Part shown: positions 46,531-59,600 of the stretch, piece by piece | Position numbering within the stretch: position 1 is the stretch's first letter | Layout: each line of letters begins with the position of its first letter | Assembly (NCBI GenBank): GCA_013265495.1 | Contig: MU058531.1 | Location: 1,046,678-1,110,677 of the forward strand | Length of the DNA stretch: 64,000 nt | Reading direction: 5' to 3' | Source: Vicugna vicugna | Taxonomy: Eukaryota | Program-made: the position numbers and the translations under genes | Notes under the pieces: generated by a model | Databases searched by the model: none | Told to the model about the DNA's origin: nothing | Seen by the model: only the letters and a program-made list of their open reading frames with translations

Positions 46531-47449
46531 TAAGCACAGCTGAGTGTCTAACTGAGTAGCCCTGCATGAGTGAGCCCAAAGGATGCCAGCAGAGGTGAGG
46601 GCCAGGCTGCCCGCAGAATCAGAACAAATCCTTGTTTTAAACCACAAAGTCTGAGGGTGACTTGCTGTGTAGTTAACCAAGATAATTATTTAGCTGACTT
46701 CCAGTTAAGTGAACAGTAATTTTTAATATGAAGTCAAAACAGTACATACCTGTTTTTACAAAAAAAAAAAAAAACCACACACAAAAACCAAAAAACTCAC
46801 AACATGGAGGATCAGAACCAAACTTCTCAAACTTTTTTTTCCACGTGCATAGTTGTGATTTTTCAGGTAATGATATTTAACTAACAGTCATGAGGACACA
46901 TAATGAGAAGACCCAAAACTCTGCACGAAACTACGTTCAGTGCCCTCAGTTCATGTTGGAGTTCATCCTAAACTCTGAGTTTCAGCATTTCAGGCTCCTG
47001 GACTGGTAGCCTAAGAGTCTGACGAGAGCGCCTGAAAATAGCTGAAAACAGTTCATCCTTTCCTTTGCGTCCTCATCACTGGCAAGAGAGTTGAACTGTT
47101 CCGAGACAAACCTGGAAAGAAATAACATTGCATCAGTTTGTTTTCTGAGTACTGCCGTGGTGAACTGACTTCCTGTGCAAGAGACGCAGCCGTAGCCTAA
47201 CCACAGAAATGTACAGCTTCTGGCCTCTAACCATGAAAGCTGGGACTCATGAGATCTGGGAAAACCTGGGTCTGAATTTTCCCACTTAAGTTGGAGCTCC
47301 TGCCTTGAGCACAGCAGCTAAGTCCCCACAATGTATCAGAGGGATCACGGAATTAAGAGGTAAAAAACCCAAGTTCTTCTCATCCTGGGCCACTTGGAAT
47401 CTTCTCCTCTACAGATGAGGAGCAGAATGATGCCTCACTTCTTACCTAG

Positions 47450-47870
47450 CAATAATAATATCCAGTAACACCTGACAGTATCTTATATTCACATGTTGAA
47501 TATTAACAATGTACCGGGTAATGTTCTGGGCATAGAGCAGTAAACAAAACTCAGCCCTTGCTCTCATGGAGCAACTCACAAAGAAGGTCAAATTCTGCAG
47601 TGGGAGTGACAATTTTTGATATAAGTTTTACAGGGATCTTCTGGCCACTCTGGCAAAAATGGATTGCAAGGAGGGTGAGGGTGGAAGCAGACCAGTTAGA
47701 AGGCTGTTGCAATAAGACAGGTGAGACTTGACTGTGGCTTAATGATAGTAGAAGTGATAACACGTGATCAGAGACTGGATACATTTTGAAAGTAGAACCA
47801 ACCAAAATTTTGTGCTGGGAAAGTGGTGGAGGGGGAGAAAAAAAGTCGGGGATGACATCAAGGTATTTCT
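47450..47870 (-). mobile_element. L2 LINE fragment
   Basis: gcagtaaacaaaact..cccttgctctcatggagc; gcagaccagttagaaggctgttgcaata, L2 signatures. Confidence 0.65.
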
Positions 47871-49512
47871 CTGAGTACTTGTGGGGGTGGCTCTGCCATG
47901 TGGTGCAGGGAGATGGACGACTCCACAAGACAGCCTCTTCCAATGAGGCTGCTCAGGCAAGGCTCTCCCCTGGATGGAGGTTCCTTGTCTGTGGGTCAAG
48001 TGGTAGACACAATGACCCTTGATGGGCAGTTATGCAGTTCCGAGCAGCTCCCCCATTTCTCTGGGGAAGCACCTCTGTGTCCTTCACTGGGGTGTTCCCC
48101 GGCAGCCCTGCTCTCCCTTCGGTACCTGATCTCATCTATCCTTTGGAGACTTTGGGCACAAGAGGGCTCTATTTTCTGTGCCTTAGGGAAATGAGAACTT
48201 GAGGGTGATGCCTTTGTCTCTCTGCGTTCCTGCCTGCCCCGGCTCTTTCCCTGGGGCTCACACCTCTAGGGTGGATCTGTAGCTGAAGAGGCTGAGCAGA
48301 CTTTCATCTATGGATCAAAATGGTGGTCTACCCACCAGAGCTGACAGACAGTTCTCTTGGGCCTCACTTCCCTAGCTAGAGGGAGGGACTGGTTGGTGAC
48401 CTTCTCCCTGAGACAAGGGCAGCCTCTCTTTGAAAATGATGGATTTTCTCAAGACAGCCTCCATCCAGATTCCAGTCCCCTCCTATATCTCTTCTCCCCC
48501 TGGGCCCTAGGTGATGGTGGTAGGTGGTAGATGGTGGCAGGTGAGAGGGGGCGGTCCTATAACCAGGGAACTTATTAGCATCTCACTAGTGTTATCTCTA
48601 CTCCATAAAGCAGTCAAGTCAGGAGCAAGAAAAAACAAAACAAAACTTAATACTTCACAATATCCCATTATACCCAGGATGGGTTGTTGCCTTGAAGAGA
48701 CCCCTGTCTGCCCCTAACAACATGCATCAGAAATGGGGGCCCTGCCCAAGGCAATTAGGGAAACTCCTACCAACAGAAGAGATGTGAAAATATGCATTTC
48801 CCACTGATGTGAGGCCAGGGGTGAAGATCCTGGCCTAAAATAACTTGCTCTGAGCCAAGCAGCCTAATGGGACATTTAACCTCTCTAAGACTCAGTTTCC
48901 TGATCTGTAAAATTAGGCTTGAATTTGTCTGCATGGTTTTCCCAGCTCAGCTTTTTAAGAGTTAAGATGACAGAATGTGCTGATGTTATAAATAAAAGAA
49001 ACAAGTAATTTTTTTTTTAGCTATCTGGAAATCCCCTTCACAATTTGTGACTAGAGATAGAATTCAGATTCATAACCCAGGGTAATCTTTTCCTATCTCA
49101 AATATCCCCAATTTACTCTCTGGCTTACTGTTACATTCCATGGTGAGTTAAGCCAAACGTATGTTGTCCTGATTAAGTAAAAGCAACAGTCAACTAACTT
49201 GAACTTCAGGCTGAGAAATAAACTCATACAGCTAGAGAGGCAAAGATTTCAAGTAACACTGACATAATCTATCAAAGGAGTCCAGTGACAAATGGATAAG
49301 GAAGGAGCAAGGGCGTCTTTGTCCAGGATGATTAAAATTATCTTAATACTACAAGATGGGTTTGTTGGAAGGACACATGAGGATCTCGGGGAACCCAAAG
49401 GCAGGCAGGGTAGCAGGCCCCATGGGGCTGAAGACCACTAGGAACTAGGGCAGCCCTTCTCACCAGCTCTCCAGGCACCTGGTCTTTTATCTGGCTTCTC
49501 TCTGCATATCTA

Positions 49513-49824
49513 CAGGCGTACCTCAGAAGTATCGTGGATTCAGTTCCAAACCACCCAATAAAGCACATATTGCAATAAAGCGAGTCACATGAATTTTTTC
49601 GTTTCCCAGCACATATAAAAAATATGTTTACACTATACTGGGGCCTATTAAGTATGGAATAGCATTATATCTAAAAAACCAACGTGCATATCTTGATTTT
49701 AAAATACTTCATTGATTAAAAATGCTAGCCATCATCTGACAATGCAGGGTTGCTACAAACCTGTGTTTTGTTTAAAAAAAAAACCCACAATAAAGTGAAG
49801 CACAATAAAACAGAGATATGCCTG
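49513..49824. mobile_element. Tigger1-derived non-autonomous element (MITE) with both TIRs and TA TSD
   Basis: TA|caggcgtacctc...gagatatgcctg|TA; internal gcaataaagcgagtcacatgaattttt matches the Tigger1 end. Confidence 0.88.
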
Positions 49825-50859
49825 TACTTCCCTTTTACAGAGGGGAGATGTGGGCAGGGATGACAGACTGATGAAAAAGTGTATAACGAAGTGCAAATAT
49901 CTCGGGGGGCCTTTTCCCTAATAAAATTATCTTGAGTTTTGGTTACTTGCACTTCTGGCTTGAGTGGCCTTTGCTGCTGGGGAGTGCCTGAGAAGCTTAA
50001 ATGGTGGGTCACTTAGGATCACCAGTAAGGAAAAAAAAAAAAAGATAAAGCCCTGGATAACAAGAAAGGGTTAGCTGATTGAAAACTGTCACCTCCCTGA
50101 AAGACGGGAACAAGATGGGAAGCTCCCATATCCCTCATTCATGATTCTGGAGACAGTTGGTTGACCTGTTGACTTAGAGATATCATTAGAAAGGGTGGGC
50201 TGGAAATAATGACAGTGTCAGAACCTGTTAACCACATGGAGATCTGAGAAAGAGTGCGCCTTCAGGAAGAAAAAGTGAACCTTGGCCTGTTACTCAGACA
50301 TCTTTGGCTCTTTCTTTCTTTCTTTTTGGAAATAATTTCCAGACCTCAAAATAATTTGAGCCAAAAGTTAGAGCCCAGATCCTAGTCCCGGCTTTGACAC
50401 TAATTTTTCAGAAATCTTTTTCCTGGAGACTGGAGTTTGATGAATGGCAAGGAGTTCCTTCCCTGCTGCCTTTGGTAGCCAAATGCTTTGATGTGTTAGA
50501 GAAGACATTTTAGTTCTGGTTCCATCACTTACCAGCTATGTGCCCTTGGGGAAATACTTAACCTTAGTTTTTCTCATAACGATTTGAATGGTTAGCTTTC
50601 TTCTGCTGTGTCATTTGTGTTACATTCAACTCCTTAAAGACAGTGTTTCTCACCTGCAGTACTTGGCCCTATCTCCTTTACCACTGTCAGCACAGTGCTA
50701 AGCTTGGAGCCCACGTTCGATAAATGTTTATCATTTTCCTGATTTTGGCAAAAAGATTAATAATCACTATTTATTTATTTAAATTTCACTATGGGCAAGA
50801 CATCAAATCTGGTTGCTTTTTCTGTTTTTAGTAGAGATCTTAACTCTTAGAAGTCTTCC

Positions 50860-50982
50860 TTCTTTTTTGGGGGGGTGGATTTGATTGATTGATTGATTGA
50901 TTTAAATGGAGATACTGGAGATTGAACTCAGGACTTCATGCATGCTAAGCACACGCTCTATCCCTGGGCCATATCCTCCCCC
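50860..50982 (-). mobile_element. tRNA-derived SINE (Vic-1-like) with (AATC)n tail
   Basis: Antisense aatggagatactggagattgaactcaggac..gcatgctaagcacacgctcta; same family as the copies at 1857 and 36411. Confidence 0.85.
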
Positions 50983-52285
50983 ATCCCCCCTCAACCCCCT
51001 CCACCCCCAACCTCTGTCAATCTGGTTGCTTTGATGGTGGGGGTGAGGGGAGAGGGAGTAGGACAAACAAGGAACAAACTTTGCCTTTAGGAAACTTCAA
51101 TTCAGCATAGGGACCACCTAGGGAGACAAGATGGTAATTCACCTGGAAGGTCTCTCCTCTTCTCTCCCACAACGTGTGATTCTAGAGAACTGTTTGGGAG
51201 TAGAAAGTGTTGGGACCAGAGTTGTCAAGACAGACAAACCTGGCTTGCCGTTGACTCACAGAGGCACAGAGAGGGAGCTGTTGCTGCTCATTAGCTGCCC
51301 CGTTTTCCTAAAACAAATACATATTGGACATCAAAGGAAGTATGCAGTCCTTTTCTGTCAGGTTCAGTTAATTGCCTCAGAGATCTGGAGCCACACAAGC
51401 ACAGGGGCAGAGCAGAGGCAAAGAGGAGAGTTATTTGTGCGTCATCCTTCTGATTTTGCCTCCTCTCCTAATTTCCTTGCTCCACAGAAAGGAGCAAGTC
51501 TTCAAAGCCTGCAGGCACCCAGAGCCTCTCCTGCGCACACACACCCCCCCAGCCCCGCCCGCTTCCCCAGCTTCTTCTCCTCCAGCCTGTTCTCTTTGAT
51601 CTTCCAGGGCGGAAGGTGGAGGTTGGAGGAGCAGGAGTTCTGGTCCCATGAATGAGGGGTGGGGCACACAAGGGAAAGAGAAAGCAGTGAGAGGAGGGAG
51701 GGAGGAAGTTTCCATTTCAGGTTTCCATTAGTTTCCTCCTCAATGATGTAAAATCTGAACTCATACTATTTGCCAGCCAGCAGACTAGCTTTCCTCTGCT
51801 AATGCACACTCCAGTGTCGCCTAGGTGAGGCATTCCTGTTCTTCCTCCGAACAGAACTTTGGCCCTGTTTCTAGTGAAATAACAGTGCTGGCCTTATCGA
51901 GCTGAGCTTGTCCCCTCCACATTTTTTTCAGATAATTGAGAAGCTCCCTGGCATTAACTGACAATGATGGATGCCTGTTCTCCCTAATTTCCACCCCTTC
52001 CCCTTCCCGGGTGGAAGAATAGGAGGCAGGAGTCAATTCACCCAGGATCCTTCCATAGGAGTCCAAGGATGTGTTGATCACCTGAGAAATTGTACTGCCT
52101 TCTCCATGATTTCTAGAGAAGGTGCTTGAGTTACACTTTCCTGTGTACTCAGAGTACAGTACACAACCCAGTGTAAGTGATTCATCTCTATGACTCCCCA
52201 CCTGAGGCTGTGGGCCTCTCATGGTAAATGCTGCCCTCCCACCACCCCTCACAGACATTTTGTGAAGGAAAAGAGAAATCTTTTG

Positions 52286-53333
52286 TTTCTGTTTTTACAG
52301 TTTTTTTTTTTGAAGTATAGTCAGTTTCTGACTATAGTATCAATTTCTGGTGTAAAACATACTGTTCCAGTCATACATATACATATATTCCTTTTCATAT
52401 TCTTTTTCTTTATAGGCTATTACAAGGTATTGAATATAGTTCCCTGTGCTTCACAGTATAAACTTGTTGTTTGTCTGTTTTATATACAGTAATTAATTAG
52501 TATCTGCAAAACTTGAACTCCCGATTTATCCCTTCCCATCCCATTTCCCCCGGTAACCAAAAGTTTATTTTCTGTGTCTGTGAGCCTGTTTCTGTTTTGT
52601 AAATAAATTCACTTGTGTCGTATTTTTTTGGATTCCACATATAAGTGATATCATATGGTATTTTTCTTTCTCTTCCTGGCTTACTTCACTTAGAATGAGG
52701 ATCTCCAGGTCCATCCATGTTGCTGCAAATGGCATTATTTTACTCTTTTTTATGACCGAGTAGTATTCCATTGTATATATACCACAACTTCTTATCCACT
52801 CATCTGTTGATGGACATTTAGGTTGTTTCCATGTCTTAGCTATTGTAAATGGTGCTGCTATGAACATTGAAGTGCAAGTATCTTTCAGTTATAGTTTTAT
52901 GTGGATATATGCCTAGGAGTGGGATTCCTGGATCGTATAATAAGTCCATTTTTAGTTTTTTAAGGAATCTCCATACTATCTTCCATAGTGGCTACACCAA
53001 ATTGTATTCTCACCAGTAGTGTGTGTGGGGGGGGGGGTTCCTTTTCTCCACACCCTCTCCAGCATTTATCGTTTGTGGACTTTTGAATGATGATAATTTT
53101 GACTGGTGTGATATCTCATTGAAGTTTTGATTTGCATTTCTCTGATAATTAGCAATATTGATCATTTTTCATGTCCCTATTGGCCTTTTGTAGGTCTTCA
53201 TTGGAGAAATGCTTGTTTAGATCTTCTCTCCTTTTTTGGATTGAGTGTTTTGGGTTTTTTTGTTATTAAGTTATATGAGTGGTACATATATATTCTGGAA
53301 ATTATGTCCTTGCCAGTCGCATCATTTGCAAAT
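52286..53333 (-). mobile_element. 5'-truncated L1 (~1.05 kb; ORF2 C-terminus and 3' UTR) with 18-bp TSD
   Basis: ORF 52565-52867(-) [25 protein letters not shown]...MPFAATWMDLE..ILSEVSQ is the L1 ORF2 C-terminus; TSD gaaaagag(a/g)aatcttttg at 52268-52285 and 53334-53351. Confidence 0.93.
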
Positions 53334-53914
53334 GAAAAGAGGAATCTTTTGCCTCCCTTATAAATGTTAAGTAGGTTCAGCATCTGCCCTTCTCTCACCC
53401 CAAGCGCTATGAGTCACAATAAAAAGTCAGCCCATAACGGAGGAGATGTGATGTATACAAAGACAGGCAAAAGACAGATCAGCTTCTGGGCTGGAAGCTG
53501 GAAGGCCAGACAATTCTGGCTCCATTAACTTGTCTAAAACTGCATGAAGTGAATGGTATTGCCATAACCCAGAAGGTTCAGGATTGTTGGACAGTCATAG
53601 TTCTAGTGAAGGAGAGACCAGGAAGAAAGAACTTGCAATGTGTCTCCAGTGCTGACCCACAGGTGTGACCTGTCTGTTCCTGGTTGTGCAGACAGATGAT
53701 TCATTCTCCGAGCCTGGAGTCAGAAAATATTTGAATCATATATGCAGTTCCCCCTGTTCTGATTTCATGTTCACTAAGTAACTGACAAATTATGATTTGA
53801 TTTCCCATATATTTATTAATATTCCACTGTTTTCTAAAAAATATGAGGGAGCTTATGAATAAGAGTGCACAGGCTTCCATTTAAAAAATAAAATTTGATA
53901 TAAATTAAATGGAT

Positions 53915-54420
53915 ACTGTGGGGTTTTGGTTTTGCCTGCCTCATATCCATTTCATTCTTATTCTTCCTTGTTTTCTTTGGAAGAAGTACCTCTCAGGTGG
54001 AACTGGTACCGTCCCATCCCAAATCCCTACACCTGGCCAATCTGAGCATCCCATCTGTCTGGTTGGTCTCAGTAGCTTGTTCAATTCCCCCATGGAAACT
54101 CAATTCCGGGAACTTTGTTGGAATTATGGGAAAGAGAATCTCTTCTTCCACTGACACTGCTGTCTGTAGGATGATATGAGTCTGGTGCTGCCAGAAACCA
54201 CCATGTGGGGCGGCAGAAGCCTGAGAATGGAGGCCACATAGAAAAGAACACAGCCAAGAGATGGAGGGAAACAGACTGCATGCTGATGGGAATGTTTTAA
54301 TTCTTGGGTCTAGCCATGGCTGAAGCTAGACCAAGTCATGGGTTTTCTTAGTAGACCTAGTATACTCCCTTTTTTTCTTAATTGAGTTGAGTTTCTAGTC
54401 ACTCTCATCTGAGGGTCATG
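53915..54420 (+). mobile_element. Old MLT1-type (MaLR) LTR
   Basis: cctggccaatctgagcat..catc; ccatggctgaagctagacc; gagttgagtttctagtcact, MLT1J/K-like motifs. Confidence 0.5.
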
Positions 54421-56779
54421 GTTAATTCAGCAGAGAAGTTCAGAGAGAGAAAAATTAGCATAGAGGAAAAAAAATGAGACCAGTAGCAAGGTGAGCACAC
54501 ATACCCACAAAATGCTTGCCATGAATCCAGTGTCCTTGCTGTCTCCACCCCACAAACTCAAGTCAAACTCCAGAGCTGCCAGCACAGGGTGAACCTGCTC
54601 AGCAATGTGAACTAGAGGACCCAGAAGAAGAAAACTGTGCAAATGCTCAGCAGAAATTTTACTATTCCCGATTATCAGAACTGAAAGGAATTTCCCCCTT
54701 GGGCTCCTGATAGAAATACTGTGTGAAACAGTGAATCACACTCTCAATATTCCTACAATAAATACAGCGATGAGTTAATAATGACTTTCCTGGGACTGTT
54801 TCTTAGGACATCCTGCACAGAGTGGCTTGATAACATGACACGAAAGTACAGTTCACTGAGGACAGCTTTAAAGTCAGGGAAGTGATGTCAGTCTTGTGTG
54901 TGGCTCTTTGCTAACCTGGCTTAGTCAAAGTGACTCCTCCAAGGGGAACAAGCTGCAGATTGTGCCTCTAGGTGATGGAGTGGTTTGGGGGCGTAAACCA
55001 ATTTCAGTTCTTTTGCTATGGGAAGCTGATCTATGTCTTACATTCTCGGGTAATTAGATGGATGAATCACTGTCTATTAAAGCCATCTGTACTGTGATTC
55101 CATAAAACAATGTCATACGCAAAGAAGAGAATGGTTATCTTTGTCTTCTTTAGGAGGAGAGTGGGCCATGAGACCTGGGCTTCCTTTCTAGTTTTCCTAG
55201 AAGGGAGCCCTCCTGATTTAAAGGAGCCCTCGTGCCTACAATCCATCAGAAACCCGAGATTTCTTGTTGTTTTGTAATCTAATGAATTTCAGCACTGTGT
55301 GGCCAGGACTGTGGTGTTAAAAGGCAGTCAGGCAGCCCCTGCCTGCTGGCAGAAGCGTTTCTAAACACATGTGAGTTGAATGTATAATTGCACCCTAGAA
55401 GTATAACTAATAAAGGTTTTTTGTCTCTGTTGAGATGGAAAAGTCGATAAAATCCCTAGTAACCCTTCACTGTCTAGAAATGATCTTGGAAGCTAGGTGT
55501 CTAGCATTTTGTATGTCCAACCAACTCTTTTTATTTATATGGCCATTATCCAGTTTTTAAATGTATGAACAAGTTCATCTCTAGTAGGCACAAATTTTAA
55601 TGTATTTCTTTTGTTTCTTGATTTGTATTTCCATTCCATTTCTTCCATAGAATTTCATTTGAATGTAACATATTTTTATATTGGACAGTCTTTTATTGAT
55701 ATTTATCTTGAACAAATACTCTTTTGTAAATCAAAATTAATTCTTTTTATTCTTGTCATTATCAAGATTACTGTTAAAATTTTCATCTGGATTCAGTTAA
55801 CATCACAATAGATATTAATACATGATTGATCAAAACAACATAACTATATTATAGATTATAATACTTATTCAACATAAGAAATAAAATTGTACCAAATAGT
55901 TTCCTCTTAAGATAGATGGGACTGGTGTTTTCAGTTAGTTCACATATTCATGGGTGAATATTACTTAGTGCTAGAATGGTACAGGATTCAGTATCAATTC
56001 TATTTCTTATTTTTGTTTTTTTATAGCATAAGCATTAATCAACCCTGTTCACATAACTAGATGGGAATGGAAAAAATTTTGTTTTCTCAATTCAACTCAA
56101 TTATATTCTAAGTTATATTCTTATATTTATTTATATGTATTCTTAGATTCTAAGTTCTTGTATTTCTTATAATTGTCTAAGAATTATATCATAATTAATA
56201 ACATATAATTTATGTAATTATATAATTAATATATAATAGGTTACATATTCATATGCATATGATTCTTGTATATTTTTTCTCCTAAGTTATATTTAGAAAA
56301 TCACATAGTGATCCATGTTAAAATACTTTTTAGTGATCTTTGAAAAAATGACTTGGCCCTCGTTTAATTTCGCTGAAAGCAAAGCATTAGACATCATAAT
56401 ACTTAGAAAATGATTTTTGAAATCCTATCATTAAAGTAATTTACTTTCTCAAAACTATTAGTTTCATTTGCCCCTTTTTTTCAAGCCCTAGACTTCTATA
56501 CCCATTGTGAGATTTAGGATGGATGAGTGGCACGTACAGCAGAGCAGCACAGTTGTGATGGGGAGTAGGGAAAGGAGGACAGCACGTCACCTCTGCAGGT
56601 CAACAGTTGTGGAAATGAGGCTCTGGAAAAAGACTCCTTTAAAACTCTCTCTTTATACCCTCATACCCTTAGAAAGATACTTACTAAACATAAGAAATAA
56701 AATGTGCATCTCAGTTTGAGGACTATGTTCTAGTAAAGAAGGAAAAATTTATAAAAATATATGAACTGTGATGTTTTCT

Positions 56780-57410
56780 GGTACTAAAAAGTGCTATAAA
56801 GAAGCTGCAAATGGTAATATCCTGGAGGGAGGCTGCTATGTGAGATAAGGGGATGGGAGAGACCCTGTGATGGGTGCCATTGGACTTGAGGCCAAGAATG
56901 GGCCAGGCAGCTTGCAGAGCTGGGAAATTGATTCTAACCTGGAGGAACAGCAAGTACAGAGGCCCTGCTGAGAATTAGCTTGGCGTGTTTGAGTAGCAGG
57001 AAGAAGGCCAGTGTGGCCAGAGCACCGTGGGCCGGGGAGGACTGATGGGAGGGGCCAGAGAAGTGGGCGGGCCTGGAATGTGTGGGGCCCTGAGGAACTG
57101 AGTATTATTTTCAGTGCAATCCAAAGCCATTTGAAGTTTTAACCAGGACAGTGACAGGAGCTGAGTTGTGCTTTAGGAAGATCATTCTGGATGTTAGGAG
57201 ACGGGGTGGTGGATGACAGGGAAGTACTACTAAAGCCAGCAAGCAGCAGTGCCACAGACTAATGCAGTTGTCCCTGAGGACAGGGACAGTAGCTCAGGAC
57301 AGGGGAGGAACAGTGGAGCTGAAGGAGGGGTGGAATTGGGGGGATAATTTGTAGAAAACGCCTATAGGAATGACTGAAGGATTGGCTATAGAGTGTAAAG
57401 AAAGGAAAAG
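56780..57410 (-). mobile_element. L2 LINE fragment
   Basis: ggaacagcaagtacagaggccctg..gcttggcgtgtttgag..gcaggaagaaggccagtgtggc, L2 signature. Confidence 0.75.
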
Positions 57411-58299
57411 AATCTCCCTGTAGGGTAAATTCTAGAAGTGGGGTTGCTTAACTATGTCCATGACATATTTCAGCTTCAGACAGTTTGAACCCAGAAGTAC
57501 TGAGCAGCTCTTTGGTTCATGGCACTAAGTGACCAAGAACTCCAGTCTGAAAATCTACCTGGATAAGCAATGATATGGACCCCACTCATGGATCGTTGCT
57601 CCAAACCTCTGTACATGTACCAGGCTGTGAAAATAAAATCCCTCAAAATGAAGTCCATTTTCACAAGGGAATTCTTATTGCCACAGTTCTGGTTAGTCCA
57701 AAGTATATGCCTATCAAGTTGTAAGTGAATTTTCTTTAACTTTTACCCATAAAGATTTGTGATGCTAAAATGTTTCCGAACTATCCATAATTTAAAAAAA
57801 CAAATTTTGATTAACCTAGCAAGAGAAATGATCTAATCTCTCTCGCTATAGAGAGTAGCACAAAAGTGTTGTTCTACAAAGAGGCAGTCAAAGCACACAG
57901 CCAAAATGTAGGAGGAAAAGTATTACAGAGGTGTGTCAGGCAGATAATTAATAAAATTCTACATTATCATGCTTGATTTTGTGATGATCATGGTATTTGT
58001 CAGTCTTTTAAAATCTGCAATTCATCGTGATTTCTCAGCCTAAATGAGTATTTATTTTCATATTAAATTTGTATTTTGATTTCGTATTCTTTGTGTTGAA
58101 GAGGGCTCTGCAAATTGTTTCAGCTTTAGGCTCACAGAACCTGGACCTGCCCCTGGCTAGTGGCATCATTTATAGGGTAGGGGAGGCTTGGCAGGGAGAG
58201 AAGACTGTTGTTGTTTGGGGGGATGTAGTGTGTGGGGGGTTATCAACACTTCTGCGGGGTTTTTTTAGTTTTTTTTTTTTTAAGGAAGTGCAGCTAGAT

Positions 58300-59600
58300 T
58301 AAGTAAGAAATGACTATTATACATCCAAGTGAAATCTAGGCAGGTGGATAAATAAATCTGGAACTCAAGAGTTCTGGATTGGAGACATAAGTTTGAGTGT
58401 AACCCGTGCATGGTTGGTGTTTGAAGCCCAAGATCTATAAAATTACCCAGGGAAGGAGTTGATAGAGAAGGAAGAGAAGTGGGTTCCTGAAAGGGTTCTG
58501 AGCTCATCAACATTTGGAAATTTGTTTATTTATTTGTTTGTTTATGTTTTTTATTTGCACCAGGCAGGCATTCTGGCTGATTTTATTTTAATTAGTTAAT
58601 TAATTTTTCTTGAAGTATGGTTGGTTTACAGTGTTGTGTTAGTTTCTGGTGTACAGCATAGTGATTCAGTTATATATATATTTTCATATTCTTTTTCATT
58701 ATAGGCCATTACAAGGTATTGGATGTAGTTCCTGGTGCCATACAGTAGGACCTTGTTTATCTATTTTATACACAGTAGTTTGTATCTGCAAATCCCGAAC
58801 TCCCAGTTTATCCCTCCCCACCCTCCTTACTCCTGGTAACCATAGGTTTGTTTTTTATGTCTGTGAGTCTCTTTCTGTTTTGTAAATAAGTTCATTTGTA
58901 TCATTTTTTTAGATTCCACATGTGATATCATATAGTATTTGTCTCTGACTTGCTTCACTTAGTGTGACGATCTCCAGGTCCATCTGTGTTGCTGTAAATG
59001 GCAGAGCCTCAGCAGCAGCAGCCAGTTGACGTGGAGGGAGCCAGGAAGGCGGGTAGCCCAGGGGCCTGGGGGAAAGGACTCCATGGAAGAGGGGAGTCAG
59101 TCAGGCCAAACCCTGCTGCGAGGCCGAGAAAGACGAAGACAGAGCTGGCCAAGGGCCTTGGCTATCAGTGACTCTGACAAGAGCCATTTCCTTAGAGTGG
59201 TGGGTAAAGCACAGCTGGGTTTGAGAAGAGTTTGGGAGAGTGTGGCTGGTGAGGAAGCAGTGACAGCGCATGTAGACATCCCACTTGAAGAGGACGGCTG
59301 TGACAGGGAGCAGAAAAAGGCAGCAGTAGCTGGAGGAGGGTGTGGGCACAAGGGAGTGTGTTTGCATTTTTTTAATGTGTGATATCCACACACAAAAATG
59401 CATATTGATGTGTGGATGTGAGTGAGCCAATAGAGAGGAAAATTGATGATGCAGGAAAGAATGGCGATGATTGTAGAGGAATCTGGGGTCCAAATGGAAG
59501 CATTTCCCTTAAGAGCAAGGAAAGAGGGATGGTAGAGAATGGGGTCACCAGTGCAGGCAGGCAGGTGGATTTGGTGTTGGGAGCATGAGGTAGTCCTCAT
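58300..59600 (-). mobile_element. L2 fragment interrupted by an L1 3' end
   Basis: acatccaagtgaaat..aggcaggtggata; ttggctatcagtgactctgacaagagccatttc, L2 signatures on both sides of the L1. Confidence 0.65.
58595..59003 (-). mobile_element. Cetartiodactyl L1 3' end
   Basis: tgaagtatggttggtttacagtgttgtgttagtttctggtgtacagcatagtgattcag...tccaggtccatc. Confidence 0.85.

Larger units (their letters stand above)
45616..46690 (+). mobile_element. Older MLT1-type LTR interrupted by an L1 3' end and a MER58-like hAT
   Basis: tgtggtagactgaaagat...tgttttaaaccacaaagtctgagggtgacttgctgtgtag..agataa. Confidence 0.6.

Noticed and set aside
52565..52867. 100-aa ORF with protein-like sequence
   Set aside because: It is the decayed C-terminus of L1 ORF2 in a 5'-truncated insertion, not a host gene.
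56095..56300. Extremely AT-rich stretch
   Set aside because: Low-complexity degenerate TA-rich sequence without periodic structure.
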